Positions 43,349 through 53,155 of a stretch of 61,829 nt of DNA are shown here, piece after piece; within the stretch, counting starts at the first letter, position 1, and each line of letters opens with the position of its first letter. The stretch is from Deltaproteobacteria bacterium TL4 (GTDB lineage Bacteria > SAR324 > NAC60-12). Under the pieces are notes generated by a model that was given only the letters and a program-made list of their open reading frames with translations, was not told where the DNA came from and made no database searches. A program made the position numbers and the translations under genes. The DNA is taken from positions 1 to 61,829 of the forward strand of contig JBBCAX010000045.1 of assembly GCA_051382335.1 (NCBI GenBank). The letters run 5' to 3'.

Positions 43349-44050
43349 ATGAAACTTGAAAAAATTTATGAAATCACTGGAATTGTTCAACTACGCAGTG
43401 GACTTCACATAGGCGGCAACAAGGATACCATCGAGATTGGCGGGATGGATCAGCCTATCATCAAATTTCCTGTTGCGAAAGGTTCCCTGTTTTCAGGACA
43501 ACCCTACATCCCTGGTTCGTCGCTCAAAGGTAAAATGCGTTCCATGCTGGAAATTTCAAACTTAGCCAAAGAAAATGGTCCTCAGATTAAAGCTGATGGC
43601 AAACCCTGTGGTTGTGGCAAATGTGTCGTTTGTACTATTTTTGGCACTGCCAACGATACCAAGCCGGATGCTTTGGGGCCAACGCGCATTATCGTGAGGG
43701 ACGCGACCTTAACAGAAGCCTGGCGCAATCGTTTCTCAGACGGTGAACTGCCTATGGAAGAAAAATATGAAAACACCATCCACCGGATTAAAGGCATCGC
43801 TGAACATCCACGCCCCCTGGAAAGGGTTCCGGCTGGAGTGGAATTTGACCTCAGTATTTCGCTAAAAGAATTTGAACATGATCACGAGAAAAAATTGCTC
43901 AACTGGCTTTGGAAGGGATTACGTTTGATTGAACTGGATGGCCTGGGAGGTTCTATCTCCAGGGGTTCGGGTCAAGTGATTTTTGAAAACATCAAAGTGA
44001 ATAACCAGGAAATAAATTGGCGCGATCAAAATCTCTTTGAGGAGAAATAG
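43349..44050 (+). CDS. csm3: Csm3 (Cas7) backbone RNase
   Basis: GLHIGG, IGGMDQP catalytic Asp, YIPGSSLKGKMRS, LGGSISRGSG. Confidence 0.96.
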   Translation: MKLEKIYEITGIVQLRSGLHIGGNKDTIEIGGMDQPIIKFPVAKGSLFSGQPYIPGSSLKGKMRSMLEISNLAKENGPQIKADGKPCGCGKCVVCTIFGTANDTKPDALGPTRIIVRDATLTEAWRNRFSDGELPMEEKYENTIHRIKGIAEHPRPLERVPAGVEFDLSISLKEFEHDHEKKLLNWLWKGLRLIELDGLGGSISRGSGQVIFENIKVNNQEINWRDQNLFEEK

Positions 44051-44052
44051 TC

Positions 44053-45189
44053 ATGAAACTCAATCGTTATCACCTAACCCCTCGCTCTGCGTTGGGAACG
44101 CATCTTAAAAGCGATACACTGACAGGCCAATTGCTGTGTTTATATCGTGAATTAAAGGGAGAATCTGCCTTGAACAGTTGGCTGGCTAATTTCAAAAAAG
44201 GCCAGCCCCCATTCATTTTGAGTGATGCCTTTCCCTACAACACACTACCGGTACCTGTGTTGCCGCCTATCTCCAGAGAACAGTTTAAGCGAATTGCGAA
44301 GGATCATTTTGATGGAAAGATGTTTAACGCACTGAGTGAGCAAAAAAAGATGTTTAACGCACTGAGTGAGCAAAAAAAATTCAAAAAACAATTTCAGTGG
44401 ATCCCTCTTTCTGTTTGGAAGCTTCTGAAGGACGGATTTTCTGTAGAAAAGTTGTTGACTGATTTTATCAAGAGGAAACAGGATGAACAGCCCATTGAAT
44501 CCTTCCACTCTCTTGAACCTGACTTTGACGCCTTGCTAGTAGCGTCAAAGTCAGCAAATGAACAGCCCATTGAATCCTTCCACTCTCTTGAACTCCACAA
44601 CATTATTCATCGGGGAACAGGTCGTACTTTGGAAGCCGGAGGCCTTTTTGTCACGGAAAATACATGGTATCTCCCCAAGACTAACGGGCAACCCGTGTTT
44701 GATTTGTACGCATTGGTTGACCCACAAGAGGAGCAAACACTGGATACTTTATTATTAGACACCTTGGGGTCGAACGGGTTTGGTGCAGATCGAACCGTGG
44801 GGAAAGGACAACTAAAAATTGAAAAATCCAAGGAGGATTGCAGTTTTTTAATCAAGCATCCTCAAACTAGTTCAGAGGATAAGGGAGAATGTCAGGGAAC
44901 GTCACAACTTTTTTGGCTCAATCTCTCTACCTATTGTTCCCAAAACCCAGCTGATCTCAAGGGTTTTTATAAAACCAGAACAAAATTTGGCAAAGTCTGG
45001 AATGGCTTCGGAGAAATGAATCCCTTCAAACATCCTCTGCTGGTGTTTGAATCTGGATCTGTATTTCAAAACCAACCTGCTGATCTCAGTAACACCGTGA
45101 TTCAGGGGATTCATCCAGACAACAAGGCTGTCATACAGTGTACCAGCCCAATCATGATTCCCTTTATTCTCCAACAGGAGGCGCTATGA
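44053..45189 (+). CDS. csm4: Csm4 (Cas5) with two in-frame duplications
   Basis: SDTLTG, LSDAFP, GFGADRTVGKG, FESGSVF. Confidence 0.9.
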   Translation: MKLNRYHLTPRSALGTHLKSDTLTGQLLCLYRELKGESALNSWLANFKKGQPPFILSDAFPYNTLPVPVLPPISREQFKRIAKDHFDGKMFNALSEQKKMFNALSEQKKFKKQFQWIPLSVWKLLKDGFSVEKLLTDFIKRKQDEQPIESFHSLEPDFDALLVASKSANEQPIESFHSLELHNIIHRGTGRTLEAGGLFVTENTWYLPKTNGQPVFDLYALVDPQEEQTLDTLLLDTLGSNGFGADRTVGKGQLKIEKSKEDCSFLIKHPQTSSEDKGECQGTSQLFWLNLSTYCSQNPADLKGFYKTRTKFGKVWNGFGEMNPFKHPLLVFESGSVFQNQPADLSNTVIQGIHPDNKAVIQCTSPIMIPFILQQEAL

Positions 45190-46661
45190 GCCAGCATGAC
45201 AAAAGTTACTTTCCCCTTAAATTGACTGTCCTGACCCCTGTTTCCGTAGGAAGCGGTGATACCCTTAACGCTTTGAACTATGTAGTGGTCAAAGAAAACT
45301 CAGAGTATTATCTTCACTACCTTGATCTGGAACGTCTTTTAACCCTGCATTCAGAAGCTCCTGAATTGGCTCGGCAATTGGGGAATTCCAACTATCTTGC
45401 CATTCGTAAAACTATCTGGAACATGGCAGGACAGGACATCCAACGCTATAGTCTGGGAAAACGCCTGATTCCAGATCCTGACTTTGCCAACAAAATTATA
45501 GGTGAACTCAACGATGCCAAATCAGAAAATCAACTTTTGATTGATGAGGCACTAAAAAATCCTCTCACAGGACGTTTACTGGTTCCGGGAAGCAGCATTA
45601 AAGGAGCCATTCGCACTGCGGTGATCGATTTCTTTGATGTCAAAGATGAACTCAAACTCAAAAATAATTACCAAACAGGATTGGACAATTTACTAGGAAA
45701 AATAGGAGAAAATGTTTTCAAAGCGCTTAAAATTGGTGATTTTGAAACTCGGTTGAATGACGGTTATGTCGTGACCTGCCAGGAAAACAGTCAAAATGCT
45801 GACCGAAAACAAAGCACCCCTAAAAACGCCAGAGAGATACTGCCTAATCGTTTGATGAACCAAACCGATTATAGCTTATGGTCTTCAGGTTCATTGGGGT
45901 TTCAAAAATCAGCACATCAGGCATTGGTCATTAAAAAAGAATCGTTCGATTGGAATCGTCTCTGTGAGGTCGTTAACAAGTTTTACCAGAAACGATTTAG
46001 GGACGAGTTCCAAAAGTTCTACACACACCCCCATCTTCAGAAAACAAGGAACTCTCTGGAAAATTTGATGGCGATTGTCCCTCAAAAAGGGGAGATGCTT
46101 CTGCGAATAGGACATTATTCCCATGTGGAGTGTATGACCGTTACGGAAAATTCCCCACAGACACCATCCAGAAGCGGTAATAAAATGCCTTATGGAACCA
46201 CCCGGACTCTTGCTAACGGTCTTTATCCCTTCGGTTGGGTGCTCCTTGCTAAAAGTAGTGAAGCTGACTTGGAAACTTATCAAGGGGAATTGTCTCAGGA
46301 ATGGAAATCGGCACTCCTAGAGCGAGAACAGCAAATTAATATTCAGAAAGCAAAACAGGAAGAGCAAGAGAGAGAGAAACAACGTGCTGTAGAACAACAA
46401 GCCTTGGAAGAACAAAAACGCATTGAGTCAGAACAACGCAGAAACTCCTTATCTGAAATTGACCGAATGGTAGAAGATATTTTACATCTCCCCGATGCCA
46501 TGCCTCTATACCAAAAACTTGAATCTTTTCAGGGAAAAGACCAACAGAAACTGGCTGAAGCTTTCAAACAACGATTTCATCAAGAGGGTAAATGGGAAGG
46601 CAAACAGTCCGATAAACAGCAGAAAAAAATTGAACGTATTAAACAAATACTCAACCAATAA
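45186..46661 (+). CDS. csm5: Csm5 with C-terminal coiled-coil extension
   Basis: LTPVSVGSG, PGSSIKGAIRTA, LRIGHYS, PFGWV. Confidence 0.92.
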   Translation: MSQHDKSYFPLKLTVLTPVSVGSGDTLNALNYVVVKENSEYYLHYLDLERLLTLHSEAPELARQLGNSNYLAIRKTIWNMAGQDIQRYSLGKRLIPDPDFANKIIGELNDAKSENQLLIDEALKNPLTGRLLVPGSSIKGAIRTAVIDFFDVKDELKLKNNYQTGLDNLLGKIGENVFKALKIGDFETRLNDGYVVTCQENSQNADRKQSTPKNAREILPNRLMNQTDYSLWSSGSLGFQKSAHQALVIKKESFDWNRLCEVVNKFYQKRFRDEFQKFYTHPHLQKTRNSLENLMAIVPQKGEMLLRIGHYSHVECMTVTENSPQTPSRSGNKMPYGTTRTLANGLYPFGWVLLAKSSEADLETYQGELSQEWKSALLEREQQINIQKAKQEEQEREKQRAVEQQALEEQKRIESEQRRNSLSEIDRMVEDILHLPDAMPLYQKLESFQGKDQQKLAEAFKQRFHQEGKWEGKQSDKQQKKIERIKQILNQ

Positions 46662-46670
46662 GGAAATCTC

Positions 46671-47783
46671 ATGGCTACGATTCTCGTTAGTTTAATCAGT
46701 GATCAGACCATTCCCAATTTGCTCTTGATCAAAGAATTCTCCCCAAAGATAGATCGTTATCTGATGGTTTCAACACCAAAAATGGAGGGGAGAAAAGTTT
46801 CCCAAGGGATCATCAAAGCTGCTGGTATTTCACAAGAACTATTTGAAACGGTGAATGTCGAAGAAGATTCGCTCGCTGATATTGACTCAAAACTTCGGGA
46901 TTTGAATTTCGATGAAGCAGATCATTTTATTGTCAATTTAACAGGTGGAACCAAAATTATGTCCCTCGGGATTTACAACTTCTTTCTCAAGCGTTCTAGT
47001 GAAATCTATTACATTCCAGGAGGGAAAAATGTTTACCGAAAATTATTTCCTGAAGTAAAACACAAATTGTTTGATATCCAATACCGCGTTGGAGTCGAGG
47101 AATACCTCACCTGCTATGGGGTTGAAATCAAAAATTCCGGTGAAAATTCGATGACGCAATCTGCTGAATACACTCAGGGCTTTTATGAATTTTACAGTCA
47201 TTTTAAGGATGCCGAATTTGAAATACTGGGAAAACTCAGGGACGTCCGTGAGCGAAACAAATTGCCACTGGCAGAGATTGCTGGACTCGATTCTTTTCTT
47301 CAGAAAATCAAATTTCAACCACAACAACCCATTCTTTTGACAAAAAACGAAATACGTTATCTGACTGGAGACTGGTTTGAGGAATATATTTTTGCGAAGT
47401 TACATAACTTGATAAAACCGCAAGACCATGAAATTTGTAAAGGCCTTACCATCCATCGTCAGCAAACGGATAATGAATTTGATGTCATGTTTACTCGTGA
47501 CAACACTTTATATGTCATTGAGTGTAAAACCAGCATTTATGATGGTCATTCCAAAAAAAATGTACTGACGGATGCATTATATAAGTTGGCAGCGCTTAAA
47601 CAGGATTTTGGGTTGTTTGCCCAAAGTTTCCTCTTCACACTGAGTCAGGAAGGAACCAAGAAAAATCAAGTCCGGGAATTGGATAAAAACCGTGCTAAAG
47701 TCCTGAATGTAACTGTCATCGACAAAACGGCGATCCAGTTGCCTTCAGAAGAATTATTAAAACTCATGAGAATAACTTTATGA
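46671..47783 (+). CDS. Card1/Can2-type (DUF1887) CARF + PD-(D/E)XK nuclease effector
   Basis: CARF motifs LVSLISDQTIPN and VNLTGGTKIM; nuclease GDWFEEY, NEFDV, VIECKT. Confidence 0.88.
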   Translation: MATILVSLISDQTIPNLLLIKEFSPKIDRYLMVSTPKMEGRKVSQGIIKAAGISQELFETVNVEEDSLADIDSKLRDLNFDEADHFIVNLTGGTKIMSLGIYNFFLKRSSEIYYIPGGKNVYRKLFPEVKHKLFDIQYRVGVEEYLTCYGVEIKNSGENSMTQSAEYTQGFYEFYSHFKDAEFEILGKLRDVRERNKLPLAEIAGLDSFLQKIKFQPQQPILLTKNEIRYLTGDWFEEYIFAKLHNLIKPQDHEICKGLTIHRQQTDNEFDVMFTRDNTLYVIECKTSIYDGHSKKNVLTDALYKLAALKQDFGLFAQSFLFTLSQEGTKKNQVRELDKNRAKVLNVTVIDKTAIQLPSEELLKLMRITL

Positions 47784-48100
47784 AACTCCTCCTCCTTTCG
47801 ATTGGACGTGATATTGCCCAGAGCGCGGAAAGTCTGTTGGGCCGAAAAGCCGATGCTGTGGTGCGGGCCGGAGAACTGACTCCGGAAATGTATCCTGAAC
47901 TGCGTCGGCAAATTTATCAGTATTTTAAACAGTGGCAGGGAGAACCCCTTCATCTCGTCCTGTCTGGTCCTGTGGATTTGGCGTTCACTTTAGGACAGAT
48001 TATCGGCATCAATCATTTTGATGTTCAGGTGTTCCATTACGATTCGGCGGGCAGAACTTATCAACCCGTTCCGCCACCCACACGTCACGAAATATTGTAA
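47780..48100 (+). CDS. Small stand-alone half-SAVED-like protein
   Basis: LHLVLSGPVDLAFTLGQ...VQVFHYD...YQP resembles the SAVED C-terminal half; ATGA overlap with the Card1-type gene. Confidence 0.6.
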   Translation: MKLLLLSIGRDIAQSAESLLGRKADAVVRAGELTPEMYPELRRQIYQYFKQWQGEPLHLVLSGPVDLAFTLGQIIGINHFDVQVFHYDSAGRTYQPVPPPTRHEIL

Positions 48101-48156
48101 TTTAACGTGTTTATACTTTTGACGGGTTAAAATTTCACTTTCCGGATTAGGGCAAT

Positions 48157-48253
48157 GTAACCGTTTGGCCTGTGAGCGTGAAATCAGTTGTTCCTTGCCA
48201 TATTTTAGCAGTCTCACGGGCACGATGGTTTTGGAGACGCCAAAATCATTTTC
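48157..48253 (-). pseudogene. STAS-like (DUF4325) gene fragment, 5' part
   Basis: ENDFGVSKTIVPVRLLKYGKEQLISRSQAKRL. Confidence 0.75.
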
Positions 48254-48368
48254 TTATCCCTATCTTAAATTCTAAGATCCACTCTTATTTTCTATAAAAT
48301 AGCAATTCCATTGTTTACGTTATTTAGCTAACAAACTGAAATTCAATATCATTTTAAATATTAGCGCA

Positions 48369-48385
48369 TTGGTGCGACTTTTGCC
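48369..48385 (+). promoter_or_regulatory. Putative sigma-54 promoter
   Basis: TTGGTGCGACTTTTGC with GG(-24)/GC(-12) spacing; IHF-like AT-rich site upstream. Confidence 0.45.
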
Positions 48386-48488
48386 TTAAGGTTTAGTGTA
48401 TCATTCCAAATGTTCAATCAAGGCTGCTCACTCAAAGTGGGATAGCAGGATGAATTTGTCTCAACACATTTCAAAAATAAGGATCATC

Positions 48489-49553
48489 ATGAAAACGAAA
48501 TTAAAACCCTATCTTCTGTCCCTCTGCGCAATCCCACTGATTCTCAGTTGCTCCAATTTGCCTCAGGAAGACATGCAAACTGAGGATGTGCCCTCTGAAT
48601 CCCAGGCGCAGCAAACGCCATCACCGTCCACGGTGTCGGAGGCTTTTCCTTCTGTGCTCACAACCAGCCGTGAATTAGCCGCTGTCAATGGATGTCCCAA
48701 CGGCGGTGTGGAAATCGAGTTGGGGATTGATGCCAATCTTAACGGAACACTGGATACCAGCGAGATCAATAAAACCGAAATCCTGTGTCACGGAACTGAG
48801 GGAACAGACGGTGTGAAGGGAGCAAATGGTATGAACAGTCTCATTCACACGACGTTTGAAAATGCGGGAGATCAATGTTCTAACGGCGGTTATCGTGTTG
48901 ATATCGGCTTGGATCAGAACAGCGACAGCATTCTGGACTCCAACGAAATTAGCGCTACAACCTATCTCTGCCAGGGTGAAAAAGGCGACAAGGGGGATCA
49001 AGGCGATGCAGGAAATCAGGGTGAAAAAGGTGACAAGGGGGATCAAGGCGATGCAGGAAATCAGGGGGATAAAGGCGACAAGGGGGATCAAGGCGATGCA
49101 GGAAATCAGGGGGATAAAGGCGACAAGGGGGATCAAGGCGAGGCAGGAAATCAGGGGGATAAAGGCGATAAGGGGGATCAAGGCGAGGCGGGAAAGAACG
49201 GAACGGATAATACCATTGTCTCGTATAAAAGTTGTGTAGAGACATTGGACCAGACAGGGACTTTTTCCTTAGTAATGTATCAATATAGTCAAACTGTCTT
49301 AGCCAGCGGTGATGTATTTGTTGCCGCCACGATTATCAGCACAAGTGGCAGCGCCTCCGTATCGTCCCTGTATCCATCCTATCTCGTCGGAGCGCAAAAA
49401 GGAGCGCAAATAGTGAATCATGACGCTTATGGATCTGCTAACTTCGGATTCTGGTATTTCGAAATGCCGCTGTCTACCACATCCTTGAAAATCACCTACA
49501 AGGATTCGGGACTTCCAGGCGGTGAGAAGACATGGACGAAAACCTGTGATTAA
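48489..49553 (+). CDS. Collagen-like lipoprotein with two Cys-containing Ca-binding-type repeats
   Basis: Lipobox ILS-C; two C..GG....G.D.N...LD..EI....LC units; five 45-bp Gly-X-Y repeats at 48972-49196. Confidence 0.85.
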   Translation: MKTKLKPYLLSLCAIPLILSCSNLPQEDMQTEDVPSESQAQQTPSPSTVSEAFPSVLTTSRELAAVNGCPNGGVEIELGIDANLNGTLDTSEINKTEILCHGTEGTDGVKGANGMNSLIHTTFENAGDQCSNGGYRVDIGLDQNSDSILDSNEISATTYLCQGEKGDKGDQGDAGNQGEKGDKGDQGDAGNQGDKGDKGDQGDAGNQGDKGDKGDQGEAGNQGDKGDKGDQGEAGKNGTDNTIVSYKSCVETLDQTGTFSLVMYQYSQTVLASGDVFVAATIISTSGSASVSSLYPSYLVGAQKGAQIVNHDAYGSANFGFWYFEMPLSTTSLKITYKDSGLPGGEKTWTKTCD

Positions 49554-49758
49554 ATCAGGTAGGTCGGTAGGTCGGGTTAGAAACCGCGTGAGCAATGTTG
49601 CAACCCAACAAAAAATTTATTGACAATTTTAGCTTAAACTGAAAGGGAAAAGATATTCAAAGCTTACACAATTTGTGTTGTCATCAATTGAAAGTTTAAG
49701 GAGGGACGACACTTAGCTGTCGCCCTTCCATGGTTTGAAATCAGTGGGGGTCTTGTGT

Positions 49759-49861
49759 TATAGTTGTCCAGATAAATTCCTGCTGGGAGCGCAATCGTCC
49801 CGCCTGCTTTTGCGGGCAAGATGCCCGCGCTCCCAGGACAAAACTTTCCTTGAGCACTATA
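49759..49861. mobile_element. MITE family B
   Basis: tatagttgtccag...gagcactata with ctgggagcgc/gcgctcccag palindrome. Confidence 0.75.
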
Positions 49862-49948
49862 CTTGTCCCAGCGATAAGGGTTCAATCGATAAAGAAACAA
49901 GTTTCAGCTTATGAAATTCTTAAGCCATGAGAATTAGGAAATAAACGA

Positions 49949-52129
49949 ATGAAAACAACTCAGAAAAATAAAAACATTTTGGTGACAACCTTGGGGGGAA
50001 CCTGGTCTATTATTCCTGAGTTGATTGGATTCACCAATCCGGAACTGTTGGATCTCTATTATTTTCATCCTCAAAAACAACAACTTAATAGCCAGCGTTC
50101 TAAGTATCATATTCAGCCCATTCATGAAGTGTGGGTTGTGACCTCTTGTGGGAAAAGCACTAAAAGCGCGTTATCCAAGCTTCAGGAATGGTACTCGCAA
50201 GGATTTGAAGCTCTCAAACTTAGAATATGGCAAGCACAAGGTACGGATCAACTTTCCAATTTAGACGAGTGCTTATTGTTGTCTGAGTTGATTCTAACAG
50301 CAGTTCTTCATGCTTCAGAACAATCTAAAGGAGGTCAGCTTCTACTTTCCCTTGCGGGGGGGCGCAAAACCATGAGTGCGGATATGCAGCTTGCGGGAAT
50401 GACTTTTGGTTGTAATGCGCTGCTGCATGTTATTGACAATGGAAGTTCTGAAACTTATAAAGAGAGCAACCCTTCTCTTTTTTTAAAACCTATTCCACAA
50501 GAGCATGGGGGCCTTTTTACTCCCTTAGTCACTGGAGCTTCTGAAAGAAACCAGGTATTGGATATAAAGGACGAATCGATTCTGGATGTAACTGGAAAAA
50601 ATTATCCCTTAGACATGCCAGAAGGAGAGGCTTCACCTTTAGAAATCAAGCTGACGCCAAAGTTGAAACTTGATTTAGATCAACGTCTGCAACAAGCAAA
50701 AAATCTGATGGTTAATTATTCCAGCAATTTGGTAGGCGCTGATAAGAAAACAAATTTTATGGCGTTATATAACCTTCATCCTCATCTCATTAAAAAATTG
50801 CAAGACTGGAAATTTGGACAAAACCCTCAGTTTGAAAAAAAGGAACTGGAGTGGATTAAGCGGCTCCCCAAGACGGAACTCCATTGTCATTTAGGAGGAA
50901 TTGCTGACGCCTCTGAAATCATCGAAATCGCGAAAGTGAATAGTTCGCTGGTGCTGCCACATAAAGAAAGGTTAAAAGACTGGCTGGAATCATGGAAAAA
51001 AATCATTAAAACTGAGAATCCTAAAACGATTCAAGAACACCTGTTAAAAAATAATTCCAAACCAAATCGTCCTTTTCAGACGATAAGAAATGCTGTTCAA
51101 GGGATTCCAGAACCCATTTGTGTTACAGCTTTTATTTTGCTCTTTGAATCCTGTCCTCTTTTGTTAGATCAAGTTATTTACTTTGAACACATAGATGATT
51201 TTCATTTTTGTAAAATTGGGATTGAGTCTTACGAAAGCCTGGGTGATTTACAAGGATCAGCACTTCTGCAAACAGAATCAGCAATACGAAAGGCTTGGAA
51301 AATATTACTTGAAAAAGCGATTGATCACAATGTTCGATACCTTGAAGTACGTTGTTCGCCAGTGAACTACACTCGCGGAGGTTTAGACGCGATGCGCGTT
51401 ATCGAAATAGGGCAACAAATCTGTGCTGAATATCACCATCAGATTGAAGTGGGTTTAATTTTGATTGCAAGTCGGCATGGAAAAATGAGCACGGTTTACC
51501 AGCACATTGAGTTAGCGCAAGAAATCTTAAATACAAAGACCTCTTCCTCCCTTCCCTTGGTTGGCTTTGACCTTGCTGGAAATGAAAACCATAAAAAGGC
51601 ATCAGAAATGCGGAAAGCTTTTCTGCCTTTAATGAAAGAATGTCTTTACCTGACCATTCATGCTGGTGAGACTGAAGACGTTGAGAGCATTTGGGAAGCA
51701 ATCTATCATCTCAACGCCTCAAGAATTGGACACGGGCTAACCCTAAATGAAAATCCTTTGCTGTTAAAACATTTTATTGATAGAAGAATCACTTTGGAAA
51801 TGTGCCCCTCCAGTAATTTCCAAATTATAGGGTTTCAGGATAATTATTATCCTGAACGAAAAGATTTTAACGAATATCCATTAAAAACCTATTTAAAAGA
51901 AGGACTGAAGGTTACGGTTAATACTGATAACCCAGGTATTTCAAAAACTAATTTTACAAAAGAACTGCATAGAGCGGCCAGATTATCACCAGGAGGTTTG
52001 AACGCTTGGGAATTATTACAGTTAATTCGGAACAGTTTTAGAGGGACTTTCCTCTCACATGAACAATCCAGAAAACTTCTTTTGGATGCAGAAAAAGAAA
52101 TCGTACAAATCCTTAGGAATGAGAATTAA
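49949..52129 (+). CDS. cad1: CARF-adenosine deaminase effector (Cad1/CAAD type)
   Basis: CARF LVTTLG...SLAGGRKTMSA; deaminase ELHCHLGG, HAGE, RIGHG, EMCPSSN, NTDNP. Confidence 0.92.
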   Translation: MKTTQKNKNILVTTLGGTWSIIPELIGFTNPELLDLYYFHPQKQQLNSQRSKYHIQPIHEVWVVTSCGKSTKSALSKLQEWYSQGFEALKLRIWQAQGTDQLSNLDECLLLSELILTAVLHASEQSKGGQLLLSLAGGRKTMSADMQLAGMTFGCNALLHVIDNGSSETYKESNPSLFLKPIPQEHGGLFTPLVTGASERNQVLDIKDESILDVTGKNYPLDMPEGEASPLEIKLTPKLKLDLDQRLQQAKNLMVNYSSNLVGADKKTNFMALYNLHPHLIKKLQDWKFGQNPQFEKKELEWIKRLPKTELHCHLGGIADASEIIEIAKVNSSLVLPHKERLKDWLESWKKIIKTENPKTIQEHLLKNNSKPNRPFQTIRNAVQGIPEPICVTAFILLFESCPLLLDQVIYFEHIDDFHFCKIGIESYESLGDLQGSALLQTESAIRKAWKILLEKAIDHNVRYLEVRCSPVNYTRGGLDAMRVIEIGQQICAEYHHQIEVGLILIASRHGKMSTVYQHIELAQEILNTKTSSSLPLVGFDLAGNENHKKASEMRKAFLPLMKECLYLTIHAGETEDVESIWEAIYHLNASRIGHGLTLNENPLLLKHFIDRRITLEMCPSSNFQIIGFQDNYYPERKDFNEYPLKTYLKEGLKVTVNTDNPGISKTNFTKELHRAARLSPGGLNAWELLQLIRNSFRGTFLSHEQSRKLLLDAEKEIVQILRNEN

Positions 52130-52274
52130 ATAACTTCCCCATTTGCCCTAGCCCTTTATTTTAGCGGGATTTAGTAGAGTGGGCGTCCCGCCCACTTAAA
52201 GCAGCGGGACGCTGCTTCTACCAGATCTTTCGAGCAACTTAGCAAAAGGGGATGTTATTTAATTCTCATTCCTT
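52114..52274. mobile_element. MITE family C overlapping the cad1 stop codon
   Basis: Inverted copy of 29320-29478; its TIR encodes the last codons RNEN*. Confidence 0.8.
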
Positions 52275-52322
52275 AATTCACGGAATTCTGACAGTGTGCT
52301 TCCATTGACCCTTTTATGGTGG

Positions 52323-52516
52323 TTATGACCCCTTTTGTGCTTTTTCGATCATCCGTTGGAGGGTGTCGCTGGTTTCAATGGGGAGGAGCTGAATCTCAGG
52401 GTGTTCCTTGACAAAGACTCTGAAAATTTCATCAGCAAAGGCTTGACCGATCTGGTCGATTCCGCTGAAGTCCAGGTGGATTTCCTTAAAGCGGTCAAAC
52501 CTGGCCAGTAACCGTT
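52323..52516 (-). pseudogene. STAS-like (DUF4325) gene fragment, 3' part
   Basis: RLLARFDRFKEIHLDFSGIDQIGQAFADEIFRVF...*. Confidence 0.8.
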
Positions 52517-52676
52517 CTTCCCTATTATAAAGAATCAAGTACATATCTAATATTCTATCGACCTATCTCTATTTCTACAACAGTGATGAGTCCCCTCCTT
52601 TATATTTAACCATAACATACTGAAATAAAGTGTAATTTTATTTTTAACAGCTTGGTACAACTTTTGTAACATTGAC

Positions 52677-53123
52677 TATAGACGTTCATTTAAATAAATT
52701 CAGAAAACGCATCCTGTTGCGAGATCCGTTTAAACAACGCTGTTTCAGGAGTGCCAAAGCTTGCTTTGGCCAGAAAGGCGAAAGCCTTTCTTTGGCTTCG
52801 GCCAAAGCAAGCTTTGGCACTCCACAGTCTGGGTTAGACTCAAAGGAATTTATTTAAATGAACATCTATAGTGTTTCAGAAAAGTATTTTGGGCTGGGAG
52901 CGCAGGCGTCCCGCCTGCTTTTGCGGGCAGGATGCCCGCGCTCCCAGGAAAGACTTATCTGAAAGTCTATATAAGTGAATTTCTATAAATGGTTAAGCAA
53001 ACAGGGCATTCTGTTTATGTAGAGATGTCCAGAATTATATTGTCCTGGGAGCGAGGGCATCTTGCCCTCCGATGAGGGCGGGCCGCCCTCGCTCCCAGGA
53101 CAATACTTTTCTTGAGCACTATA
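52677..53123. mobile_element. MITE cluster: family A (52677-52870), family B (52866-52971, ~53020-53123)
   Basis: Inverted copies of 3547-3740 and 29215-29320; A and B share a TATA junction. Confidence 0.8.
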
Positions 53124-53155
53124 AAGAAACGCTTCACTTTGTTAAGGCGGTCCAC

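Noticed and set aside
48972..49196. Regular 45-bp repeats
   Set aside because: Coding Gly-X-Y collagen repeats; the antisense ORFs over them are shadows
49949..52129. CARF-deaminase as a new effector class
   Set aside because: Matches the already described Cad1/CAAD architecture; only its context is unusual
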